The translations under genes were made by a program, and so were the position numbers. A stretch of 64,000 nt of DNA from contig JBLDXI010000017.1 in assembly GCA_047495785.1 (NCBI GenBank), positions 1,736,001 through 1,800,000 of the forward strand, written 5' to 3'. This stretch comes from Lepidodermella squamata (Eukaryota > Animalia > Gastrotricha). Below, piece after piece: positions 49,965-62,619 of this stretch. The notes beneath the pieces are model-generated. The model made no database searches. It was given only the letters and a program-made list of their open reading frames with translations, and was not told where the DNA came from. Position 1 is the stretch's first letter; each line of letters starts with the position of its first letter.

Positions 49965-50489
49965 ATAGGGTCTCTACCTTAATATATGTCAATTAGGTGA
50001 AAACTAAGATCCAAGACAAAATCATTAAAATCGGAACTCATCCGGTAAGGTTAAACAAACCGCCAAGATACCGAAGCTTCAATTGATTCAAGGTTGCTTT
50101 TTCATGCTTTTTCATCAAAACAGAATATATACACCCTAAAAATCAAAATTAGCAGCCAAATTAAGATATATTATCAAAATAAGATAGGATTAGTGAATGA
50201 AAATACAACTTCAACAAGAGTTAATGGGTAATTTGGCTTCAAAATTCTCTCATTTCAACAAATAAGAATACGCGCCATTATTTCTCAGATTTCCGAATCG
50301 TTCGGGAAAGTGAAATTCGGGAAATGGTGAGCCTATGATGTGGCACTTATTTTTCTAATTATGAGAAAAAATCGCACCAAAAATTCGTACAAGTCGCAAA
50401 AATAATTCGAACAATTCAAGGCAAAAATAGCACGATTTTCCAAACTGCACAAACTCTCAAGTTCCTTTCCTATGTGTAAGTTATCAATC

Positions 50490-51909
50490 TTATACTTCGT
50501 CGGGTTTTTCTTGCAAAGCAGCAAAAAACAACACCCGGTTTGTGCTGTGTTCGCAAGTAGCAAAAATGGCGGAGCAATAGCGTTTTACACCGCCCTCATC
50601 AAAGTGGTAAGGTTTCCCTGTGGGCGCCGTTAACATTGCTATGTCAGTCGGCGAAAACGCTGGCTTGAGCCGCGGACAGCAAGAAGCAATGCAAGAATCG
50701 TAATTCCACGACACAACCTAAAACACGGCGCAATGTGAGGCGAAAAAACCGTTCGAAAACGAGCAATGATTACCTTCACTGTGCAACAGCCTTTAAGCGC
50801 CAAAATGATGTTGTCGTTCGTGTCAAAAGTCAGCGACCGGACGATGGAATGCAATTCGCCCAACTGCGTCGACTTCTCAACATCCAAATCGCCATGCCGA
50901 TCGACTGCGATCCGCCGAAGCAACCGCCCACCGCAGCTATTGACGAACAAGTGACGATTTCGGTAGCCTAAAACGTTGGCCTTGTTGTATCTGTAATCAG
51001 TCAGCGACACTGCTTTTCTCACAGTCCAATCTTTAAGCGAGTAGGATTTCAGGGTGCTTGAAGATTGGGTATAACACAACGCATGTTCTTCGTGTAGGGC
51101 TAATCCGAGGCCGGAAAACATTTTCACGCGTATTTTCGCACTCAACGTTTCCGGCTTGATGTCGCCGAAAATTGGCTCCAGATCGATTGTTTTAATACAT
51201 TTCCGATCAATGTAGATCAGCTGATTTTTAGGCTGATAGTAAACGGCAAATCGAATGCCTTGTAACCGCGTTTCAACGTCGTCGGCTAAAATCAAATAAG
51301 TTGCACTAATTTTAGCACTGGAAGTTACGACCTATCAATAACAAAAACCAGGTCAATTATCTATGCAATGCGATTGTTTTAACTTACGCTGAGCTTGTTT
51401 TCGTGAAGCATAACGAAGCAATCCTTGTTAGGAATCGCAACAATGGGTGAAGGTCCGGTTACTTTCATACCCAAAGCGTCGTATTCTGGTAAAGTAGCGA
51501 CAACTTGAAGATTCGAGTAACTTATTCTAGGAGGCTCCGATTCCCGGACCTTCTTCGATGTTTCGGCGGGAGAAGACGCTTCAACAGTCAAATTTCGCTT
51601 CTTCACCGGCTTTTCTGATGGCTTTGCAACCTCGACCGGAGGAGGAGTAGGTTCGCTTTTTACAATAGGACCAGTTACTTCCGCAAGAGGTGGAACGATA
51701 TGACCAACTTTCTCGTTAACAAGTCGGTTAATCAGGTGTTTGAAGTCGGGGTTGATTAGCACGGGTGTGTTGCCGGGTTTGTCAGATAAAATTCTGCGTT
51801 TCTCTGTCATAATGACAGATAAAAATCGCTGGGTGACATCAGCGATGTGATTGTCGATTTGCTCAATGAGCGCCGCTTTTCGATCACCAGCATCTGCTTC
51901 CGGTGACAT
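50490..51909 (-). CDS. N3: coiled-coil + NHL-like protein
   Basis: ORFs 51379-51909, 50639-51295 (LTFDTNDNIILA) and 50490-50714. Confidence 0.85.
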
Positions 51910-52614
51910 GAAATAAAACTAAAACAATTTCAATGCTTAAAAACAAGATTAAGGCGGCTTTTCTCTATTTGGGGTGTATGATTGTAAATGAAGCGTTGAG
52001 GCTATTCATTCATAACTCAAGATGAGTAAAGTAGACAATTTATCTATCAATACAAAACTTGGCACAAAAAAGTGCGCACACGTGCCGGAATTCGGCACAC
52101 GCCAGAGGGGGAAAAATACTACGATTCATTCATTAATTTTGTTGAGAATTATTATATCAATCCATGGACTGGGAAGCAAATGCTGGATGGCTTATTCGAC
52201 TTGACTAAATCTTTAGAAATTAAAGCAGTCCAAAGTTTTTGTTCAAAGTCATTATTGTCGCACAAGGGAATATGGAACAGCTCAAAATTGTGAGGAAAAA
52301 CAAATGAACGCCCTACCGAATAAGCTATAAACAGCACATTCATGATATACAAGGTCTGGTATTTCTTCTGACACAGATTTCTATCGCCGCGTAATACCCT
52401 TGGCAGTAATGAAAAAGCGGCGTTTTCTCGTTTAATTGGACCTGCGAAATGTGAGTGCACGCGGCCTCTCGCAATTACACAGCCGATTGTGTGTTACGCA
52501 AAACTCATGCACGGTGAAACCTAAAACAATTTTATTTACACTATTGAAACTGAAATCAATTCAAGCTAAAAAAATAAATGAAAATCAAGTAAAAACTATG
52601 AGGCAACAAGTTTG

Positions 52615-53894
52615 TTAGCAATCGACGGGGGATGCAAAGAAAACGATGCGATTTGAGTCTGAATCAGGGACGATGATGACACGTGAGTAACTAGCATGGC
52701 CGAATCGAAAGCCGCCAGTCGGAGAAGTCAGCATGGCGACTCCGGACGGAACGAATCGCCCATACAACTCGTGCGGCGGCTGAAAAACAGCAATGCGCTC
52801 GCCATCTGGAGTCAGTACTTCTAATCTGGCTCGGCTTTTATCAGCGACAATCAAATTGCCATCAGAGTCGACAGTTCCACCACGAACCTCGCGAAAATCA
52901 GCAGCAAGCGTCTTCATACCGCTAGGTATCAAATTCCCCTTGTTATCTAAAGGAATCGCGTTGATTGAACGGCCACCCTGTCCTGAGCAGTACAGACGAG
53001 TAGACGGCGTTTCAGCGACGCAAAGCGCAGAAGAATTGAATCGGTCTTTCTCGTCCTTGATATGAATGCGGTTTCTGATAATCCAATCGTCCATTGAATA
53101 GCTGATGATACTATCGCTTGAGCAAGTGAAAAGTTGACGGGTAGGAGCTGAAATTGCGAGGCCGAAAGTTGAATCGCGACGTGGGCTGACACAGGTTTTA
53201 GCATCGTAGCGGCAGGCAAGTGATGGTGAGGCTGAAAATTTGATGCGGCAAATTGCGTTGCGATCGCCGCAAAACACCTGGCCGGTAAGTGGGTCGGCGG
53301 CTAGGCAGTGGTGGCGCAAAATTACGCCAGTGTTGCTGTGCTGAGAGTACAGGTCAAAGGTCGCCAAAATTGTCGTCGAAGCCGAAAGCAACTGAAAAAT
53401 GAGAAATAAGTTACACTTCGACTGCATTTTTCCGAGTGCATTTTCAAGCTTACGCTGACGCGATTTTGATTGTGCGAAAAAGCGACGCAATTAGTTCGAG
53501 CCAGGGTGCAGATCGAAGTCGGTTGGCGGATTGTCATGCCCAGCAAATCACTACCGGCAACAACTGCGACAACCTGCATGTTCTCGTAATGCCGTTTCAT
53601 CCTCGCACTGCGATCAGAGAGGTGAAGCGACGTGGCCGAGCCGCCGAATCCGCTTGTTCGGCTGTTCGAGGCAGTTGACGGTGGCGTAGGCAAATCGACA
53701 ACTGAACCGAACGGCGTTGATAGCACTGTTTTCATCGCCGCTTCGAAGTCTTTGTTCTTCTGAAACAAGCCGATGGACGTTTTCGGAACAGATTTGTAAC
53801 TACGAACGAGACGCTCACGCTCGCTTTGAAGGCGACCTAAAAAGGCTTGAACCGCGTTGGTCACCTCGCCGTCAATTTTTTCTTCCAAGCTCAT
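52615..53894 (-). CDS. N2: coiled-coil + NHL protein (2 exons)
   Basis: Intron 53392-53453; clear NHL repeat VRGGTVDSDGNLIVADKSRARLEVLTPDG...FVPSGVA. Confidence 0.9.
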
Positions 53895-54425
53895 GTCAAT
53901 TGTTTTGCGAATACCACGAAATGTTTATTGTAGGTTGAGGTGATAGTAGTAATCATGAACCACGCTCTTGGCAATAAAACGTGCCGTTGTCGTGACCTAG
54001 TCGGCTTTTTTCCCTAATTACATCCATCTCTCGCACATTCAGGCCACTTAACTGGCAGAAATTGGCTTTTTGCTTTTCTAAAATTCCACCTTAAATTATT
54101 TTGAGAAATGCGTCATGGAAATCTTTTAGCTGCTGGTTTGCACCGTTTTTTCTCGTCTCTTGTTTAATCAAAACAAAACCGCCTCTTTCATGTATCAATG
54201 AAGCTGTGAAGATATTTATCGATAAAAATCAGGTCCCTTCAGCACCGAACAAATAGCAAAGCACGTCTCACTTCTGACAAAAATAGCATCTAATGATAAG
54301 TAAATAACAAACATGCGGAATCGCGTGCCGTAAATAAATAACGAAAAATAACAGGTGAAAGGCAATCTTGATTTTTCTGCTGTCCCAAGGCAGCAGTTCT
54401 GAGTTTTTTCGAGCTGAAAATAAAA

Positions 54426-55025
54426 ATGTTAAAAATTCTCGCCTGGTCTTGCCTAGTATTTTCATTTTTCAACGCATTGCAAGGCAGTCCGATTAAAACG
54501 GACCATCGTAACGGGAAGTCATCAATCGTGAATAAGTGCGATGTATGGGCGGCACAACTTGGGACTATGCCTGACATTCCTTTCGTTGGTTAGTTCCACC
54601 TGATAAACTGATGCTTGTTCTAATTAACAATTTTCCCTAATTGACGTACAGACACTGCGATGATGCAAATGCGGAGGAATTTAGTTCTAGATTACATTCG
54701 CTATTGCGTTCACAGTCCGCCGGCCATTCGCGATGAATCATCATTCGAGCGGGCGTATGGGCAGGCGCATCACCATATACCCCACCCTCATCCTGTAATC
54801 GAAAGTGCGATGGTCAAAGCCCAGCAGCAGCCACCGAACGTAGGCGTGGCGCCTAATAATAGAAAGCCACAACAGCAGAAGCGACAGAAAACTGGTGGCG
54901 AGTCTGAAAATGCGATATTTTTCCGCGAAAACAACGAAGATGACTGGCAGGCGGCGTTCGAGGAAGACAAGCCGCCAGTTGCTGCCAGTGACTACAACGA
55001 CGCGCATTTCAATTCACTTCTTTAA
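54426..55025 (+). CDS. Secreted protein, 178 aa (2 exons: 54426-54588, 54652-55025)
   Basis: Signal MLKILAWSCLVFSFFNALQG; phase-1 GTTAGT..TACAG intron joins in frame to ORF 54660-55025; CDVW...RR...DYIRYC. Confidence 0.75.
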
Positions 55026-55172
55026 AGCATCATAAAAACCCTCGCTAAATTCTTTAATTAGAAAAGAAACCATCTGGGATTCAAGTTACGCGCGTCTCAT
55101 CGCTATTTATTGTGGGCGTCATTTCTAGTTTTTTCGCCTATCCTTATCATTATAATTTTTTGAGTAAAAGTA

Positions 55173-55453
55173 ATGGCTATGAATAAATGCGTTATTTTCG
55201 TGGTGTTCGGTGCTTCGCTTTTGCTCCTCGCCCTTCTAGGGCCTAAATTTGCGGAGGCTACTCATCCAGGTAAAGTATATTTTTATATATCGAGGGATAA
55301 ATTGCGGATTTTATTAAATTCTATTAAATTCACGTAGAAGGCCGGTCGTCCTCGGCTGACTGGGAAGCGACTATTTGTCAGCGACTAGCGACTGGCTATC
55401 GTGAAATGTGTGGCGGCGGCAACATCGATACATACTATGACGAAGCCGAATAA
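55173..55453 (+). CDS. Small secreted peptide, 70 aa (2 exons: 55173-55269, 55338-55453); absent from the ORF track
   Basis: MAMNKCVIFVVFGASLLLLALLGPKFAEATHP-EGRSSSADWEATICQRLATGYREMCGGGNIDTYYDEAE*; GTAAAG..GTAG intron keeps frame. Confidence 0.7.
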
Positions 55454-56971
55454 AACGCCGATATAAACTGATGTACCTATACTATAAGCTTGTTGCTTTT
55501 CAGTTCAAACCTGAAATTATTATATTGCGCTAATAGCAGAGTGCAATCATCATGTTGTTGCCTTCGAAAACATCAGGTGTAATTCCTTTTTTTCAATTAT
55601 CGGCTCTGTTTATAAAATCTGTGCATAATGCGATTAAAGCTTTTACGACATTTAAGATTCATTTGGCGTATTGCGTTGGTGTGAGTCTAAATAACATGGG
55701 GAGACCCGGAAAAATCAGGACAAAACGTTTTTTTCTGAGTTCTTACCATGTTGCTTTTTGACTCATTGGTAATATTATTTTTAATAGTCGACGGCGGTAA
55801 TTGTGACGCTTGTTTTTGCAAGGCCCATGCTCCAATTTAATTAAAATCAATAATTATAAAAAAAATTGCCAATTTTCATCAATTTACGGAAGCCCATGTC
55901 TATCCTATTATGTTCCTTGACCGTGGCCTACACGCGCGGCTTGGCACATATATTTGCCGATGTTCGATGAACAAAAAAAGGTCGCCTTTTATCTATGTGC
56001 ACACCCACAACCCTAAAAATGATGAGCGCGCGCGCGTGATAATACAATTATCCGCTGGGACATTGAAAAGATGTTCGCGGGTGAACGATAAAAAATTATC
56101 ACGCTGTTGAAGCGCAATCAAGCGCGCGATTTCTCTCCTATAGCGTCTTATCGGTGACCATTAAAACTCCATCATATGTCCATTTTTTTAAACAAATTTT
56201 TGCGTTAGATGACTAAGATTCGCTGGAGAACTTTCACTACAGAGTGGCCAGAAAGAGCCACAGGAGGCTTATTTAACTTATCGGAGTGCGCATCAGTTTA
56301 AAATTGTTCAAGAAATAGAAAATGTCATAGCCAAGAATTCTTGAAATTCGTGTCAATTTTCAAAAACTCCTCGTTAAATTTATGCGCGCTCCATCCAGAG
56401 AACTGTAAGTCCTAAGTGGCTCTTTCTGGCCACCCTGAATAAGAATCGACCCTGCCCGGGACATCCTTTTATTCGCGGTAATTTTTAAAACAGTACATTT
56501 TTTGCTCGGTGATCCAACAATAGATTCGTACCACCTGTCAACTTTGATTTGAACAGTTCGCAATTGATTGGCACGTGAGGACTGAGGAGACGTTTGCTTT
56601 TGTTGGCGCTGAAATCATTTTACGCGAATATTTAAGGCCGCCGAGTTTTATGAAGTGTGCAACCAGGCTGTTTATCCTGATATGTCTGCGATTGAATAGC
56701 TCACGTCAACTTGCGTCATAGCATCCCATGAAGTATAAGGTGATTACTACTCATGGTCATTTGTCATATGTTCAATTCACATGGTCTTATAACAGACGGA
56801 TAAACTTCCGGTGTTTCCTTCCCACGAGTCACTTATTGTGATTAAACTACGTAGCATCTTCTGCGCTGAGTGCTCATTATTTTAATTTCAATATTTTTTA
56901 GTGAAATTATAACAACGTATTATCCACCTGCGTCAGTGCGTTGAATTTTTTTGAACCAGCCGAAAAAAACC

Positions 56972-57380
56972 ATGCAAGCAAGCTTGATCGCAACAGTTTT
57001 GGCCTCGTTGGCAGTTGTAATATCGATCATCGAAGCGGCGCCAGCCAGCCGCCGTTCTGCTTCAAGCAACAGTGCCGAACTAACCTTCACGAACTGTAAC
57101 GACTGGGTGGCAAGGTTTAAACACGAAGCAAATAAGGCCCTTCCCAGTAAGTCCTATACATTAAATTCTCGTTTCTTAACTAAAATTTATCTCGATTTTT
57201 CTAGAAAAAGCGTCAGTAGGCGAAAGGCGCCGTCAGAGCAAAATCGATGATTACTGGTTTTACTGCATGTTGAACAACTTCGACTCAATCGTGCCCCAAT
57301 ACGACGGCAATGCTGATATGAATTCTATCGATATGATCGACTTACCTGATGGGAAGAATCCGTTTGACATTTTCAATTGA
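56972..57380 (+). CDS. Secreted protein, 116 aa (2 exons: 56972-57146, 57205-57380)
   Basis: Signal MQASLIATVLASLAVVISIIEA; phase-1 GTAAGT..CTAG intron; CNDW...RRR...DYWFYC. Confidence 0.75.
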
Positions 57381-58472
57381 TCACTGTTTGCGTGAATAAT
57401 CACCGTCTCGTTATATTTTGTTCCGAATCCTCTTTTTCTCCCCCATTTTTCTCCTGTTTTGCCATCGTGAGAATTTAGCGATCGAATAAATTTTTTTATA
57501 ACGTTTTGTAATTTTATATGCAACATTTATTTTTGTATAAAAATTATGATTCGATTTTTATTGTTTCTGGCGTCTCAAGGCTGGGACCTAATGTCTAAAA
57601 GAGTATACGTTTTTTTGACAAGAAATCTCGCTCGATCAGTCTCTTCTTGCTTTGTAAATAATATTCCAATAAAGTTACGAATCCGAACAGTTTTAAACAT
57701 GACGTTTTTCCAAGTTTACTACTTGGGACAGGTCCCAAGGCTGGAACCATCAGCTTAAGGTTATCCCTATAACGCTTGGGAATTATTTTCTAATTTTCGT
57801 TCTAAAAGATGGTGAGCTTTTTGAGCTTTAACCTTGAATTATTTCATTTTTCGAAATTAGAACAACAATAGGTACTTCGAATCGGCAATTTTATCCCGCG
57901 AGCAAGAACATTTTGTGGTCGAAATGTCCGATAAAAATCGTAAGTAAGACAGCGAGTAGGAAAAGGTGACAACAAATAACATCAGCTGAGGCAGAAACCG
58001 TGTCGTCCGATTCGATTGACAGATGTCACCGCCCCGAGGTCCGACTCGGTGTCTCAAACAAGGATGTTAATTAATTTTACACAGGATAACGAGTGCTAAT
58101 TAGTCTAATTAAATGTTGCTCTTTCTTTTTGGGCAATTTCGAGGCCTGTCACTCATTTCTGCCACGGCTAGATTTATCCCTGATTTCATGCAAATTTTGC
58201 CGAATTTTCAATGAGCAATTTTTGGCCATGTCTTAATTCCACTAATTAAATCTATAAGGGAGAAAGATTTTCCTGTTTGTACGGGCTTGTACGGGTAAAT
58301 TTTGTGTAGGTATACGCCATAGTTCGTATCTAGGCGAAAATAAACCCTTCAGTGCATCAAGGTGACAAAGTAATTTTCAACACGTCTTATAAAATTAGGA
58401 AAAAGTGTTTCCTAAAAATAGCCATCACGTGAAATACATTTTATTTCCCAGTATAATTGAAAACAAATTGAT

Positions 58473-60084
58473 TTATTTAAATTTTGGCGCGAAGAGTAAA
58501 ACCGAGTTTCGGCCGACATCAGCGACAACAACGACAGGTCGGCGGTGTTTTGTCATATCGAGTTGCATCGAAGAGATGACAGCAACGCCTCGCGGTTCAA
58601 AGGCGCCGCAGCTTGAAAATTGCTCGCTCAGAGACGGCGCGAAAGTACATATCGCCCGACCGCTCGAAGAAAACACCTGAATTCGCCGATTTCCCTGCTC
58701 GACGACAAGCAGATTGCCCTCAAGATCGCACGCAGCCGCGGTTACCTGCGAGATATTACCCGGAGCTGGGCCGTCCTCGGCCAGTAAATACTTCTCATGC
58801 GTCTCGATTCGCCCACTGCGGCCGAAAATAGGCGATCGGTATAGTTCAGCCCCATTCCACGTCGTGTAGACTAAAAAGGTCTTAGCATCAGAGCCGTGAA
58901 CTGTCCAATCAACAGCTGGATGCTGGACGGAGTGAAGCGTTGTAGCGAATTGGTGGCTTGGGGGAAGTTTACAACGCAGCCGTTCTGAGGCATCATCAAG
59001 TGAAATAGCCCGAATTTCCATTCCAGTAGCGGCGTAGATTAGCCGGCAAGGTGTGAGCGAAATCGCGATGCCACTAATTTTTCCGCCGGAAATTTTCATG
59101 TCCCCAAATTGCGCGAACTTTGTTGGAACAACAAGGGTTTGATCGGCTTTGATTGTTGTAGTGTTGAAAGCAAAAATTGTATCCTGTTTTCCTGAAAAGT
59201 ATTCAAAACAAAAGTTTTAAAATTAAAATTAAAATTTAATTTAATTTAATTTAATTTAAAATTTCAATTTGAAATTTTTGAAATTTAATTGATTTAAATT
59301 AATTTTTAAATTTTATTAAATTTAATTGTTTACCTTCTTCCATGAGAAATAACCGGCCAATATCGTCAGCAGCCAGTTGAATAATTTTTCGGAAAAATAA
59401 AGGTAGATGTTCGTCGTGGCACAACATATAAGTCGCAATCAGTTGACCAGCTGAAGAAACGATACTGACCCGGTTATTGTTATGGGAAAAAGCCGCGCAA
59501 CTGTTGGCACCAGCCGGAATGAGGCAGGCAACACAAGTCGGGTTCTCAATAACGCAACCTAGCGCGTCCTGGCCATGAATAACAGCTAATACTCGCATCG
59601 ATTCGTAAATGCTATACGGCAGCTCTGATCGGCGATGTTCGACCGAAATCGGCCGTTCCACCACGGTTCTAACTTTTGAGGCGAGAAATAGCGGCTCGCC
59701 CTCGATATCTGTGCTGCAGGAGCTTGAAAACACCTCGAGTTTTCTCATCGCATTCATAAACTTCGGGCTCAGAGAAAAGGCCAGAGGTCGTCGCATTGGA
59801 GCTTGCCCTGATTTTAAACGCCGCTTTTCCTCGCCTATTACGACTCGGGCTTCGTTGATTACACGGTCACGCTCGGCTTGTAACCTAGATAAAACGACTA
59901 GCCGGGCGTCTTCCACAGCTGACTCGACCGATCGCTCGATTTCCATGAATTCATCACTGAGTCGGTTAAGCTCTTCAACGACTCGCTCATCTTCCTCCTC
60001 GTTTTTTGGGACAATGTTTTTGTTGTAACGAACAGTTGACTGACGAGGAGCATAGGCCGAAGTATGCCGTGCTAGTTGGCTCAT
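58473..60084 (-). CDS. N1: coiled-coil + NHL protein, most canonical-looking member (2 exons)
   Basis: Intron 59192-59333 (phase 1, in frame); NPTCVA, ACDLEGNLLVVEQGNRRIQVFSSSG and FEPRGVAV NHL consensus; long coiled coil. Confidence 0.9.
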
Positions 60085-60653
60085 TTTTCATAATCCTAAT
60101 ATTTCGTGAAAAAATATTAAAGACGTTCAAATAAAATCAAAAGCTGTTTGTGTAGTTTTACTAGGCCGCTTTCTTGCACCACCTTTTCATTTTCGAGATG
60201 AAAAGAAGCCTGGGTATAAGTTCCGATTATAATACATTTATTTCACATATAAAACCAGGCTCGCGTCTCAAAGCAACGGGCGCGGAGCATTACGATTTTT
60301 CTTTCGCAGGACGCGACCCTTTTTATCGATAATTAATATTATTATATTATTATTAATTTTACACGGAGAGGAAAAAGTGCCGCGTTTCTTCTTATATGCG
60401 CGGCCGCGCTCAAGAGAGGCGAAAATTATCGAGAGGCAAAAAAGGCACACAGGGTGCGTGCAAATAATAGGATCCTGGAACAACCACGTATTTTTTGAGC
60501 AAAAACATCGGCTCCAGCTTATTTTTCAAAAAAATAATGCCACTCGTAGATTATTTCATTTATTTGCGAAAAAATATCAAGCAAAAAAAATAATCGCGAG
60601 AAATCAGCAAAAATGTTAACCGTTTAAAACTTGAAAATATTTTCAATATTTTT

Positions 60654-62619
60654 TCAAAGGCATGATGCTGAATGAGGCCTGCCTCCAATGGTGAGACCAA
60701 CAGACTCTTCGTCACGATCGATAAAATCGGCCGATACCGAAGACCGCACTGACTCGATTTTCTCGCGATTGCGATTGTTCGAGCTGGGCGAGGGCAACGA
60801 AGCGCTTTGGTGACTAGCACTGCTGGAACTCGCGCTTCGTTTGAACATGTTCATAAAAGGCCTGAACACCTGCGACGGCCTGAACATGCTCTGAATCAGA
60901 GGATTGACGCAGCATTCGAGACTGACGAGGCACATCAAGTAGAAAAACAGCGACGATTGCGTCTTCATGCCGTTCACCTTGTCGTAGTTGGCAATGTAGA
61001 CGTAAAAAATGTGGCAAGGCATTGTGCAAGTAATGAAAATAAACACGGATGTGCCCATTAGGAATGCCAGCCCGGCGTCCAAGCTGCCGCGGTTTTGAAT
61101 TTTCACCTGATTGCTCTCCGCGCTATTGCACCTGCGGCGTATTTCGCTTATGTGATTCGCCAGGCTTTGCCCGCTGAGGGTTTTATTGCTTGACTTTGGC
61201 GAGGTGGGCTTGCGAACTTTGAGGAAAAGGCGACTTCGAGACCGAATCCGCGTCGATTCTCGCACTGTTTTCCAAATTATTCTGAAAAAAATTATTTCAT
61301 AAAAAAATATTTCTCTCGTTCAACCACCTTAATTATTTTCTCTTATTTTGTGAAATGTTTTGTAGATTTTTGTTGAATTTTTTTAATTAAACCTGTCATC
61401 GGGAGAATCTTCCACAATTTATCCACCATTTTACTGAATAAGGAAAAACCTGATTGGCAACTGGTTCGGTAATTTTCGGTATTTTACCCGGTTGGATCAA
61501 ATTTTTCCAGACTTGTTTAATCCCATTGTCAAGTTCGAGCATACTTGATAACTATTCTTATAGCATTTTGAATTTTTCTAAGATTTTTCTGGCCACGAGA
61601 TATATCAATTCGCCTCTCAGTTTAGGGTTTCTGATCCATTCCGTGTTTTTTCTTTTTTTTGCCTTACTTATGGGACACGCCGTGGTGGCTTATTTTAGAA
61701 TTTTTCGGCGCTTACACGTAATTGATTGCGATGATAGTCACAGGAAGCATGAAACCGAGAGTGCTGAACAGGACGTTGTGTAAAATCGGTAAAGGCACAT
61801 TGTCGACGAGTACGCAAAGAGTCACGACACTATCGGGCTTTCGCACCCCGTGTACCCGGGCGTCCATTGTGAAAGCGACCCGATGATAGACGAAAGGATA
61901 GGCCGACCCGGTGATGCTTAAGCCCAGCCCGACTATAACGCTAGACAAGATGGAGATGAATCGCTGAGAGGCGGATAGGCCTCTGCCCACTGATTTGATA
62001 GACATCAGCCTTTCGAAGCTGATAATGCAGTCTAGCCAAACTATTGAGGTCATAAGTGACGCCTGGCCACCGAATAAAACTTGACACCCGACATCGCCGA
62101 ATAAAAAATCGTCATAAAGCCTGCAACAAATAATTGTGTTTTCGAAAAAAATCGATAAAATATCGCGAACCGGGTAACACCTTTCATCGCCCCAATAGTC
62201 TGAAAAAAACAAGAAAAATTGAGGTGGAACGACGAGTTCTTAGCCTTACCGTAACTGCGATATTACAGATTGTGTGAGTGATGATTAGGAGCAGAAATTC
62301 AGGGTTGACCCGCCGCCTGTAAATCGTTGAACTGAAAAAATTTCCCGGTTTTTTTTATTACAACTGACCTTCGAAAGTTAACAACAGCGAAGACATTCGA
62401 CGGAATGCTGACCATCCATAAAATGAAAGCAATAATGAATTCGACATGGGGTTCCGGGGCCGCGTCGCCCCTATTCAACTGTTGCTGGAATAGGAATAGG
62501 CAAGCAAAGGAATCGATCGAGTTTGCAGTCTCATTGTTTGTCCCGACTTGAATTGGCCAGGTATCAATATCACGGTTGTCATAGGGACAAATCCAAGACT
62601 GGTTGATTGAGGATGACAT
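60654..62619 (-). CDS. Class A (rhodopsin-like) GPCR, about 5 exons
   Basis: TM1 ...SIPSNVFAVV, TM2 FLLLIITHTICN, FLFGDVGC, ISFERL, FMLPVTII, FIITCTMP, VNPLIQ; in-frame exon joins including a ~29-nt micro-exon near 62171-62199. Confidence 0.85.

Noticed and set aside
52022-52430. Possible transposase relic (SFINFVENYYI...IWN)
   Set aside because: Short, interrupted and lacking catalytic motifs; too weak to call
55338-55453. Insulin-like B chain (CQRLATGYREMCG)
   Set aside because: Spacing is C-x10-C rather than C-x11-C, and there is no A chain
59215-59330. AATTT-rich simple repeat
   Set aside because: Ordinary low-complexity intron sequence in N1
58473-60084. Naming the family brat, lin-41/TRIM71 or TRIM2/3
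   Set aside because: No RING, B-box or filamin domain is visible, and orthology cannot be judged by eye
2296-61061. Numerous plus-strand ORFs overlapping minus-strand genes (e.g. 4990-5472, 28471-28971, 59609-60028)
   Set aside because: Antisense shadows of real coding exons with no independent support
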